Shown here one piece after another: positions 38,004-49,460 of a stretch of DNA of 64,000 bases. This DNA is from Octopus vulgaris. Its lineage: Eukaryota. How positions within the stretch are numbered: position 1 is the first letter of the stretch; each line of letters starts with the position of its first letter. The position numbers were made by a program, and so were the translations under genes. The notes under the pieces were generated by a model. That model did no database searches, was not told the origin of the DNA, and saw only the letters and a list, made by a program, of their open reading frames with translations. The DNA lies in contig OX597819.1 of NCBI GenBank assembly GCA_951406725.2, positions 91,016,001 through 91,080,000 of the forward strand. The letters are read 5' to 3'.

Positions 38004-39288
38004 CGAGGGGCGTTCAATAAGTAATGCCTCTGACCCACTTGCAGTTGTTTGATCTAGCTGAAATTTTGCATGTGCAATTATTTATATCTCTATAGATTAA
38101 GTGGCAAATTACAGCTCCGAACTAATTGTGGTTTCTGATTTACAGGTGTTTGAACTGAGTCAAGTGTGAAACGGAGCCTGTTGAGTGTCGAGCAGTGATG
38201 CGGTTTTTGTATTTGAAAGGACGCACATCACGGGAGACTTTTGATGAAATAAAAGTAACTTATGGTGATGATGCCCCATCATATGACCTTGTAAAACGCT
38301 GGCATCGTGAATTCAAGCATGGTCGGAACTTTGTGGAAACAGCTCCCAGATCTGGTCGCCCCCTTCTGCCATTGATGAGGCATCTGTCCGTCAAGTTGAG
38401 GCTGCCATTTTGGAAGATCGACGCATAACTATTTGCCAAATAGCCCATGAGGTCAAGATTAGTACCGGGTCTGTGGAAACTATCATTCATGACCATTTGC
38501 ATATGCAAAAGGTGTCTGCCAGATGGATTCCCAGGTTGCTCACGCCTTTCCAGAAGCAAGAACGCGTCGAGTGCGCGAGGATGAATTTGTGCCAAGAAGA
38601 TGAGTCAAAATTTTTCAAAAGATTGATTACACAGGATGAAACCTGGGTCCATCACTATGATCCAGAGACCAAAGCCCAGTCAATGCAGTGGAAGCACCGT
38701 GACTCACCTCCTCCAAAGAAGGCAAGGGTGCAGCCCTCCGCTGGCAAGGTCATGCTCACAGTCTTCTGGGACCAGGACGGAGTAGTGATGACAGATTTCT
38801 TGGCAAAGGGTGCCACAATTACAGGAGTCTATTATGCTTCACTTTTGAGGAAATTAAGAGAAGCTATCAAAATCAAGAGGCGGGGCAAGATCAGCAAAGG
38901 CATCCTCCTCCTGCAGGACAACGCTCCGATCCACAACTCGCGTGTCGCCAGATCAGAAGCACAGGCGTGCGGCTATGAACTCATCCCCCATTCTCCCTAC
39001 TCTCCTGACCTGCACCCTCTGATTTTCACCTCTTCCCAGCCATGAAGTTGTTTTTGAAAGGAAAGCGTTTCCCAGATGATGCAGCCTTGATTTCTGAAGT
39101 CACGTCGTGGTTGGAGGACCAAGCTGGGGTCTTCTACAAAAACGATCTTCAGAGCTGTATCAAACAATGGGAGAAATGCGTAACTCTGGGTGGTTCCTAT
39201 GTAGAAAAAGACTAATAAATGTGCCAAGTTTCGTTGCTCTACTGCTATGGGAAGTGGGTCAGGGGCATTACTTATTGAACGCTCCTCG
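38004..39288 (+). mobile_element. Full-length mariner (DD34D) transposon, 1285 bp
   Basis: TIR CGAGG.GCGTTCAATAAGTAATGCC.CTGACCCACTT at both ends; TA TSD; inserted in (TATG)n. Confidence 0.96.
38171..39215 (+). pseudogene. Mariner transposase with start codon mutated to ACG and two frameshifts
   Basis: WIPRLL, ITQDETWVHHY, SAGKVM, LQDNAP and YSPDL motifs; frameshifts near 38365 and 39012 (expected SPDLAPSDF). Confidence 0.93.
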
Positions 39289-39999
39289 TATGTATGCATG
39301 TATGTATTTATGTATGTACCTTTTGCTTTCTCTCATTTTGCATGTATACAAATATACATATTTTGTATTTCATACCCAAACTGTTATATCTAATATATCT
39401 AATTTGTTTATCATAATTGTTTCCATATCTGCTCAACTTCATCCCTCTTATAGCCATTCTTTATCCCCATGGGATTGATCCCCTGTAAAGACATCGGAGT
39501 CTAAGTTTGGAACATTTGAGCACTACTATGTATGTATGTATGTATGTATGTATGTATGTATGTATGTATGTTGTATGTATGTATGTATGTATGTATGTAT
39601 GTATGTATGCATGTGTTTGTCTGTCTGTCTCCATATATTATAAATATGTATGTCTGTTTGCATATGTTTTCATATGCAAAATAAACAGGATTATATATCA
39701 AAAGCCTGGTTTCATTCAATCAGTCTTTGTTCTAATGGATACACCAAAGGATTTGTTACCAATCCTTTGATACGTCCTGCTGATCAAAAGACTAAGTGAA
39801 TCTTAGTTTCAGCTATACAATCTTGTTTACCTTTACATATGCCAAATATCACAATACGCACTCACTTCAAACACTATGGAGCATTTTATGTTTTTTATAC
39901 CACAGAATAAATATATATATATATGTATGAGAGATTAAAAAGAGAGGGAAAGAGTAAGGTGAATTAGATCATGTAAGGCATGCGAGTTTAGAATCAGAA

Positions 40000-41110
40000 G
40001 ATAAACCAATCAAGGTAAAAGTATTTCAGTATCTAGTTTTGGTATGTAGGAAAGAAGACAGGACCCTGCTACCATCAGAAAAATAGTCATTTGCAGCATG
40101 CAGGAAAGGAGTGGATAGGAATTCCATGACGTGTGCTCCTTGTTGAAAATGGATAAACAAAAGTGTAGTGGAATTACAGGTAGACTCACAGAGAAGAAAA
40201 ATTTCATAAGTAGCAAGTGCACTGGGGCAATAAGCTCTGAGGAACACTGAAGAAATAGATTATCTGAAATGCTCTGATGGTGCCCTATAATTAGTCAATA
40301 GCTGTTGTTACCTAGGTAACCTAATTAATGGGGTTGAGGTGGTGGTGGTTGCATACATTCTAAAAGTGCAGCAGCTAGAGTAAGAACGAGCTGAAAAAAA
40401 AGGTTTAAGGAGCTAATATCTCTACTAGCATCAAAGGGCTTCTCTCACAGGGTGAAAAATAGATTGTATGATGTTTGTCTGTGAAGTGCATTGTTGTCTG
40501 GCAATGAGAGTTGCAGCATTGTGCTACCAGACAACATTGCAGAGATCTTGAGAAGACTAGAAAGAAACAAAATATGTGTACTTCATTGGATGTGCAATGT
40601 TAGTGTGCATAAACGTTGAAGTGCAAATAAACTGTGAGAAAACTGGTTATAAGAGGAAGCACATGTAGTGTTCAAGAAGGAGAATTTCAGTGGTATGTGC
40701 TTGTTATGCATATGGAAGATGACAGCTGTATAAGGGTGTGATGCACATACAAAAGGAATGGGACCTGTGAAAGAAGGAGGCTCAGGAAAAAGTGGTAAAA
40801 AGAGGGGGACTCAGGAAAAAGTGGTAAAAAGAGGGAAACTCAGGAAAAAGTGGATCCAAGTGGTAAAAATTGATCCTAAGTTGTTGCGGCTCAAATAAAA
40901 GGATAAAGGTCCATATTGATTGGTGATATGCAAAGCCAGAAAAGCTTGAAGAGGATTGCACTGGTATATACACATAATGCAAGTGCTTCACATTCAGAGT
41001 TACTGGAATTTATGGAGAAGAGAGACTTAGGAGGACTAGGGTCAAAGAAAATGATTAAGAACTATGCTGACTGGTGATGTGCAATACTTGAGAAGCTTGG
41101 TTCCTCATGC
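40000..41110 (+). mobile_element. Older degraded copy of the RTE LINE (RT C-terminal region)
   Basis: Colinear with 44460-45290 (..TACCTAGGT.AC.., GCTAGAGTAAGAA.., AGATTGTATGATG..); includes a 3x ~29-bp tandem duplication at 40775-40870. Confidence 0.7.
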
Positions 41111-41532
41111 AAGTCTGTATGTTATAATAAGGGACAGTCAGTGATGGGGGCCAGAAAACATATCAAGTTTTGTGCCTTTCATCCACTTGTATCTACTAAA
41201 TCACTATTTGATGCCTCATTTGCTTATCTAGTAAACCCTCATTTTTCTATCATCTCTTCTCATATTCATTGCCTCTTACTAGTGGTGAATGAGAAAAGAT
41301 AGTCAATACCATAGTCAATACCTTTCCTCTATTTCCACTTGTATCTCATTCTCTTTCCAAATTATGATGCTTATGCCACCTCTCAGGTATAGGGTTTGAT
41401 TCTCTGTAGTCACTTCTTGGCAACTTTTTCCTGTCTTCTAGGAGTATTCACCCACTTTTCTAGGCTGTTTTCAAAGCTATCCCACATAAAAAAATTACTT
41501 TACTTTCTGTGATAAATAAATAAATAAATAAA

Positions 41533-41596
<64 letters not shown>

Positions 41597-41780
41597 GGTG
41601 CAGGAGTGGTGGTGTAGTAAGAAGCTTGCTTCCCAGAACATGTTTCTGGGTTCAGTCCCACAGCATGGCACCTTGGACTTCTACTATAGCCTCAGGCTAT
41701 ATATGATGGGCTTCTTTCAGTTTATGTCTACCAAATCCACTCACAAGACTTATGATATATGTATGTATGTACTTGTATGT

Positions 41781-41934
41781 CAATCCACTCTAAATCAGCT
41801 CTCTAATTTTTTAACCTTAGGTCAAGTGTGAGGAAATGTGCAAGAAGATAAGCAAAATTTTGTTTATCTTCTTGCCCATTTCCTTGCATTCGACCCAGGG
41901 TTAGAAAATTAGAGAACTGATTTAGAGTGGATTG
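41781..41934. repeat. 154-bp loopless imperfect palindrome
   Basis: CAATCCACTCTAAATCAG.. / ..CTGATTTAGAGTGGATTG, centred on AAAATTTT (41854-41861). Confidence 0.92.
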
Positions 41935-43029
41935 TAGATATTTGACATCTACTTTTTAGCATATAGGCACTGGCATTCCAGAGCCCTTAATTATAATTAT
42001 ATTTGTAATTATATACTTATATGTATGTGTGTGTGGGTTTGTGTGTGTATTTATACTTATAACATAAATATCAAATATAAGCAATGTAGCGTTTTATCAC
42101 TCTTTGAAATATCAAAACCTTTAAGCCACTAAGATGAAGAAAATGGTCCTGAAATAGCATTAAAATTTTTCCATGTTAGAGGATTTAGGGTAAACTGAAA
42201 CTTGATCCTTGATGTAATTAATTGTCAAATCATTACTTCATATCATTTTAGCTGCAACAAAACAACACTTAAATGAAGATGTTATTGTTTACAAGAGTTG
42301 TTTATACTTAGATAATTTAGCCAGTAAACAATTTCCAATCCTTAGTTTAAAAATAAAAAGATGGTGTGGTTTTTGTCATTTCCATATAAGATGCTCTCAT
42401 GTGCACGTAACCTACACAGCAATGACATAAATTGTAGAATATATAATAATATGTTATGTGTTGTTTAAAGTATTTCCTTTGGACACTAAGGTGTGAGGAT
42501 TTATTTTATAAGTGAGTTGCACTGATGGTTGGGAAGGATAGTCTGTGCTAAAGTGTACGTCGTAAAAATTGAGGATGTTACACTAGACTGAAGAGCAGAT
42601 AAACAAAGGAAATAAAATCAGGACAATCTTTGAGTGGTACCAATCCTCCATATGATATGAAATAAATACTTCTATTTCAGTCTAGGTTGCCTTTTGTTTT
42701 TCCTTTGTGCGGAAATATCTGTAGCTAAATTAAAAAGGGGCTCAGGACTCCACTTCATGATTTACTTATTAGGAAATTCAAATCTGAATGCAGATGTTGA
42801 TGGAAATTTGGATGGCTCTTGAGATCAAGTATTGAAGTAGTCAACTTAAAGCCATTGACCTGAAATATTAACTGACAATTTAAATGACATACCAGCTATG
42901 ATTTTTATCTTCTTGAGACACTTCATTGTCTGTTACGCAGTTTTATTTCGTATTAGAGTGCTGTTGATTTTCAGAAGGCCTGTATAAGCTACAGAAGGAA
43001 CAAATAACTGTTATGTGAGATATGGTCAT

Positions 43030-43295
43030 TATCATCATCATCGTTTAACGTCCGTTTTCCATGCTAGCATGGGTTGGATGGTTCAACTGGGGTCTGGGAA
43101 GCCAGGAGGCTGCACCAGGCTCCAGTCTGATCTGGCAGTGTTTCTACAGTGTTGTGGGTGCTTTTTACGTGCCTCCGACACAGGTGCCAGGGGAGGCTGG
43201 CAACGTCCACGATCGGTTGGTGCTTTTTACGTGCCATCGGCACGGAAGCCAGTCAAGGTGGTGCTGGCATCGACCACGTACGGATGGTGCTTTTT
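43030..43295 (-). mobile_element. RTE LINE 3' UTR fragment with structured repeats
   Basis: (CAT)n-CGTTTAACGTCCGTTTTCCATGCTAGCATGG and three GGTGCTTTTT motifs. Confidence 0.8.
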
Positions 43296-43534
43296 GGTCT
43301 TGTATATTAAAAAAAAAAAACTCACTCTACTATCTTTTATGTTTTATCATTTGCTTGTTTCAGTCATTGCACTGCGACCAGTGGGTTTACTCAAACGAAT
43401 TGACTTTAAAGCTTGGTGGTACTTTTACTATAGGGTTTCTATTGCCAAAACTGTTAAGTCACATGGATATAAGCAAACCAATGCCAATTGTCAGGCAGAC
43501 ACACACTCACACACACACACACATCACACACACA

Positions 43535-43565
<31 letters not shown>

Positions 43566-43755
43566 TACACACACACAAACAAACATACACTAATACAAAG
43601 ACACACACATATACATATGTATGCACATACATATATATATGTATATATAATATTATATGTGACAATTATTCAGTTGCCATAATAAAACTCTGACCATTAA
43701 AATGACCATTGAACAATTTCCCTTCGTTTAACGGCCATTTTCATAGCATTTTTGT

Positions 43756-43830
43756 TTGTCTTAATAACTGATGAGATGCCAGAGCAAATTTCCGTCTCGA
43801 CATCCGAAACCCGGAGTTTTATTATGGCAA
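43756..43830 (+). ncRNA. Minimal type I hammerhead ribozyme inside a short inverted-repeat module
   Basis: TTGTC.TAATAA-CTGATGA-GATG..CATC-C-GAAAC-CCGGA-GTT^-TTATTA.GGCAA; 32-bp inverted repeat 43659-43690 / 43814-43845; one extra nucleotide before GAAA. Confidence 0.68.
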
Positions 43831-44179
43831 CCAAATAATTGTCACCTATTTTATTACAGATAAATTCCTCTATTTACATAGTATTGAGGTGTCATTCATT
43901 CTTTTGTTGTCATACTATTACTATCAATATGTATATATATATATATATGTACACATACATATGTACACATACATGCACACACATACACACGTACATATGT
44001 ATACATATACATACATACCTACAAAAATACCCTGTTGTTGATGTTGAAATTTCAATGAAGGAGCCTTGAATCTAGGTTAGAAACCGGCTCTTTCTCTATT
44101 ATCAAGAAATTTTGAAATAAAACTGAATAATGACATACACACATGCATATATACATACACATGTGCACACACGCACACA

Positions 44180-44258
<79 letters not shown>

Positions 44259-45680
44259 CACCAAGGATCAGTCCTCAACCCCCTCTCATTCATCATAGTC
44301 CTCCAGGCAATAACAGAGGAATTCAAGACAGGCTGCCCCTGGGAGCCCCTGTATGCTGATGACGTTGCTCTCATAGCTGACTCACTACCAGAACTAGAGA
44401 AGAAATTTCAGGTGCGGAAGCCATTTTTAGAATTGAAAGGTCTTAGAGTCAATGCTGCAAAAACCAAAGTCATACTAAGTAGGGAGGCAAACAAATCACA
44501 AACCCCTTCAGGTAGATGGCCCTGCTTGATCTGTAGAAAAATGTTGGCAGAAACTCCATAACATGTACCCAATGTAAGCTATGGATGCATAAGAGGTGCA
44601 GCAACAACAAAGGAAGGTAACCAGGATGATAGTTTTTGTATGCTGCAGATGCACAGGGGCAATAAACACCGAAGATGTTCAGAAAAGAAGTTCTATCACA
44701 TGCCAGAGGGAGAAACTAGAAGTAGTTGATAGCTTCCGCTACCTAGGTGACCAAGTCTGAAGCGTGGGTGGATGCTCTAAGAGCATTGCCACTAGAATAA
44801 GAATAGCCTGGGCAAAGTTCAGAAAGTGCCTACCTCTACTGGTGACAAAGAGCCTCTCACTCAGAGTGAAAAGTAGATTGTATGATGCATGTGTGTGAAC
44901 TGCCATGCTACATGGCAGTGAAACATGGGTCATGACTGTTGAGGACATATGTAGGCTTGAAAGAAATGAAGCTAATATAATCTGCTAGATGTGTAATGTC
45001 AGTGTGCACACACAGAGTGTATGCATCCTGAGAGAAATGTTGGACATAAGAAGCATTATATGTGGTGTGCAAGAGAGATGACTGCGCTGGTATGATCATG
45101 TGCTGCATATGGATGAAGAGAGCTGTGTGAAGCAGTGTCACTCCCTAACAGAGGAAGGAACAGTGGTAGAGGGAGACCCAGGAAGACATGGGATGAGGTG
45201 GTGAAGCATGACCTTTGAACGTTGGGTCTCACAGTGGCAATGCCAAGAGACTCTGGAAATATGCTGTGATTGAGAAGACCTGGTAAGTAAAGTGAGATCA
45301 TAGCCATAGCCTATACCAGTGTCACATAACCAACCCATTTAAAAAGTACCTTTAAATCGTCGGGTGATACACTATGATTGAATTAAGTAAACTCAAAATC
45401 ACAATCAGAGTATCAATCAAATCGAAATGAAAATGGAAATTGTAGTTGTGGCTGATAACAGTACTGCCTGACTGGCTCCCATGCTGGTGGCATGCAATAA
45501 GCACCATTCATGTGTTGGTCAATGCCAGTTCTGCCTGCCTGGCTCCCTGTGCTGGCGACATGTAAAAAGCACCATCCAAATGTGGTCGATACCCCCCACC
45601 CCTCCATAAAAAGCACCATCCAAACATAGCTGATGCCAGTACCACCTGACTGACTCCTGTGCCTGTGGCATGTAAAGGTG
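44259..45680 (+). mobile_element. 5'-truncated RTE-clade LINE (RT C-terminal half, Cys/His finger, 3' UTR)
   Basis: HQGSVLNPLSFIIVLQAITEEFKTGCPWEPLYADD..GLRVNAAKTKV; multiple stops and frameshifts. Confidence 0.9.
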
Positions 45681-45681
45681 C

Positions 45682-46012
45682 CTAGCTCAGTGATTAGAGC
45701 ATTGGTCTCACAATCATGAGGTAATGAGTTCAATTCCCGAACCAGGCTGTGTATTGTGTTCTTGAGCAAGACACTTTATTTTATGTTGCTCCAGTTCACT
45801 CAACTGCTGTAAAAATGAGTTGCAATATCAGTGGTGCCAAGCTGTGTCAGCCTTTGCCTTTCCCTTGGATAACACCAGTAGCACACAGAGGGGAGGCTGG
45901 TATGCATAGGCAACTGTTGGTCTTCTATGAACAATTCTGCCCAGGCTTGTGCCTTGGAGGGGAACTTTCTAGGTGTAATCCCATGGTTATTCATGACCAA
46001 AGGGGATCTTTA
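45682..46012 (+). mobile_element. SINE family D
   Basis: Matches 7073-7405; interrupts the RTE 3' UTR. Confidence 0.87.
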
Positions 46013-46198
46013 CCCTTTTACCTTATATATATGTATAAAATTAAAAAATTTTTAAATAAATCTCAGTGATTCTCTAACCTTGAGGGAAATTTCTCCCTCT
46101 CTTTTATTTCCAAGTAAACCCTATTTCTCTCTGCTTCTGAAGCTAAAAGCAACCACAGTTGGCAGCAAAGGCAGTGATCAGTCAAATTTCACACACAC

Positions 46199-46233
<35 letters not shown>

Positions 46234-46829
46234 TGTATGTATGTATGTATGTATGTATGTATGCATGTATGCATGTATGCATGTATGTATGTATGTATTA
46301 TGTATGTATGTATGTATGTATGCATGTATGCGTGTATTTTTGTATGTATGTATGTATGTATGTATGTATGTATGTATGTATATCTATATGTACATATACA
46401 GTGTATATAGGAATTACCCACACTGTGGGAGTTGTGCATTCCTGAAAAACTTTCATTTTCTCTTTGGTTTCCATATTATAAAGTGATAATGCATTCTGGC
46501 AGGTATCTTTTTTTAAAAAAGAGAAAAAGTAATACAAAGACAAGTAATGCAGCCAAATATATGTATGAAAATATTTTGTAAAACTACTCTGAACAATATG
46601 TATACATAAAAACATTTGAAGAGAAATTCTTTAGGGAATAAATAAGAACCATAGTATCTTAATGGTGTAAGAGAAAACAAGTCTACTGCGTGAAGGGTGG
46701 TGGTGATGGTGATGATATGATAGTTACTGGGAGGATGGGGGGACACTATCTCCTTTTTGTAGTTCGTCATCATCAACATCTACTTGGAGGGTGGGGAAGA
46801 ATATATCCAAAAAAATTGTTTGATGTTTA

Positions 46830-47720
46830 TGGTGCATCATCTCTTCGTACAGTTCAGTGAAGGAACTGAGATCGTTGTGAACTCCTCTTGTAATTTTTTA
46901 TGCTATATTAGTGATTAAAGTTGTTATCAACAAAAAAACTTGCAGGCCTTTTTCTATAAGTGCCAAACCTTTAACAATATTCTTTGCAGTCAATATAAGT
47001 GGAGCTAATGGAATTTCTCTATTATCATCTGCATTCTCAGTTTGCTTTTGTTCCAACAGTGTTAGCTCCTTATTAGATAAACATTATCTATGGGGCACTA
47101 GCGACTCAACTACACCATCCCCTATGAATTCTTCAAACTATATCATTTGCAAGTATCACATCTTTCTGAATTTGAAGTAGATTTTCTGCTTGTGGGAAAC
47201 TTGTATTCCATGAATACAAACAAACTGTATATTTTTCCATTCATAATTGAGGGTCTCCATTCATAGTTGAGGGTCTCACTTCAGTAATGTTATCCCAAGC
47301 ACCCATTATATTGAACATCATCCAGAAGTCTCTAATTGCAATTCCTGTCAATTGCTTTCATAAACTGTTTGAAAGTACTTCTCAGACAATATGACTTGAA
47401 GTTAACTATCATACCATGATCCACTGGTGGTAGCGAAGAAGTTGTATATTTGGTGATGTATTCTACTCTCACATGATCAGAAAACTCATTTAGGTTCATT
47501 GGATTGCTTGATATATTGTCTAAAAGAAGTGATGCTTTATTGGAGATATATCTGGTGATAGGCCTTTCTGCAACAGGACAAAAGTGTTAGTAAACCACTC
47601 TTTGAAAAGGCTCTTAGTAATACATGCCTTTTTATTTAAACTTCCAATCAGAGGTAAATTAAACTTTACATAACCTTTGAAAATGATGCACATGTAGAAG
47701 GTCTAATTACATATCACAAG
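46830..47720 (-). pseudogene. Degraded pogo/Tigger-type (DDE_1) transposase fragment
   Basis: Minus strand NKKACITKSLFKEWF, KASLLLDN, TTSSLPPVDHGMIVNFKSYCLRSTF, matching NKKAW..F.EWF / LLLDN / PNTTS.LQP.DQG.I..FK. Confidence 0.75.
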
Positions 47721-48309
47721 TGGCACTTCCTCTTAGAAGAAGCTACATACAGTTTTTGGTATCTTTAAATTCCAGTGTTGATATTTCTTCATGAGAAATA
47801 CCAGTATGCGAAGTTTGAAAGTGTTTAGTTACAAAAAATAATTTTTAAAATCTGTTGGTCAAAAGGTAAAGATCCCTATTACTGCTATTGCCATTGATTG
47901 TTCAAAAGTTAGTGGGTTGGCAGCAGTGGAGATGTTGGATGTACTGATTTTCATGTTGGTGATAATTGCTGTATCATTAGTGATGGTGGTGGTGGTCATA
48001 TTGTCCTTGTTAATTGTATAGTTGTTGCTGTTTAGTTTTAAGTCAGTTCTCATTGATCTAAGATCAAAGACATTATGTTCAACTTTCAAAATACACCAGG
48101 GTATTGTCATTGTTTCTTATTGTATATCGAGTATCTTATCTTGTTCATACCATTGTCAATGTTGTTGATGGTGGTCATTAAAGAGATGGCCGGTTGGTAA
48201 CGGCAGTAGTTATATTAGTTTTAGTATTGATTGTGGTTGTGTATATTGATGATAGATGGTGGTGGTAGTAGTGAAAGTTGGCCTGTACATACATACATAC
48301 ATACATACA

Positions 48310-48343
<34 letters not shown>

Positions 48344-48439
48344 CATACATACATACACATATATATGTATGTATATGTATGTATGTGTCAACCCATGCTA
48401 GCATGGAAAACGGACGCTAAACGACGATGATGATGATGA

Positions 48440-48521
<82 letters not shown>

Positions 48522-48904
48522 GGAAAGGAGAGAGAGGGTGGGGAGAGAGGAATCGATGGATTGATGGATGTTGATTGTGACCCAAGAAACTGTGCACAAA
48601 ACACACACATAAATATTCAAAGTGGAAATTGAACAGAGATTATAATTTTTCAAATTGCTAACTATTTTTGATCTTAGCTAAAACACAGAGAAGTAACCTT
48701 TTGGCTAAGAAGAACGTGTAGTTTTTAGATTCTTAAAATTTACCTAATTCTCTGGGAGAGAGAAATTACAAATTTGAACTTAATGGTAATACTTTACAAG
48801 TTTCATAAGTACAAAATCCTGTAACCTGAAGTAGCCATTACATAGGGATGACTACACATATACGATATATAATATAATGTGTGTGTGAGTATGTAAGGGT
48901 GAGT

Positions 48905-49405
48905 AGAGTTGTCTCTCTGTGTTGACAATACATGATGGTTGTTAATGAGTGCCAGCATCAGACAAGCAATGTTGCTTGTTTGCTTCTAATTTTCTGTGGA
49001 AAACATGTCAGGTCATGGGGAAATATTATCTTTCTTGACCTTAAATAGTGAGTGTTGGCAGTTGGCAGTTAGCAGCAGGAAGGGCATGTGTCCATGAAAA
49101 ATCTGCCTCTACAAATTCCATCTCATTCATGCATGTCCATAAAACTGAATGTTAAAATGATGATGATGATAGTGATAATAGTAGTAGTGGTGAAGGTAGT
49201 GCTGATGGTGTTGGTGGTGGTGGTAGTGATGATGATGATGGTGGTTGTAGAGGTAGCGGTGGTGGTGGTGGTGATGATGATGATGATGATAGTGATGGTG
49301 GTGGCGATGATGATGATGATGATGATGATGATAGTGGTGGTAGTGGAGGTAGTGGTGGTGGTGATGATGATGGTGGTGGTAGAGGTGGTGGTGATGATGA
49401 TGATA

Positions 49406-49436
<31 letters not shown>

Positions 49437-49460
49437 CAGTGGTGGTGGTGACGATGATGA
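48905..49460 (+). repeat. SINE family C tail with expanded compound (GAT/GGT/AGT)n array
   Basis: CAGGAAGGGCAT..AAAATCTGCCTC..GTTAAAATGATG followed by about 300 bp of trinucleotide variants. Confidence 0.8.

Noticed and set aside
40245-40285. CTGAAGA..AGAT/ATCT..GAAA hammerhead-like motif
   Set aside because: Lies in degraded RTE coding sequence and lacks stems I and III; chance match
42585-42625. CTGAAGA..GAAA motif
   Set aside because: No stem II complementarity
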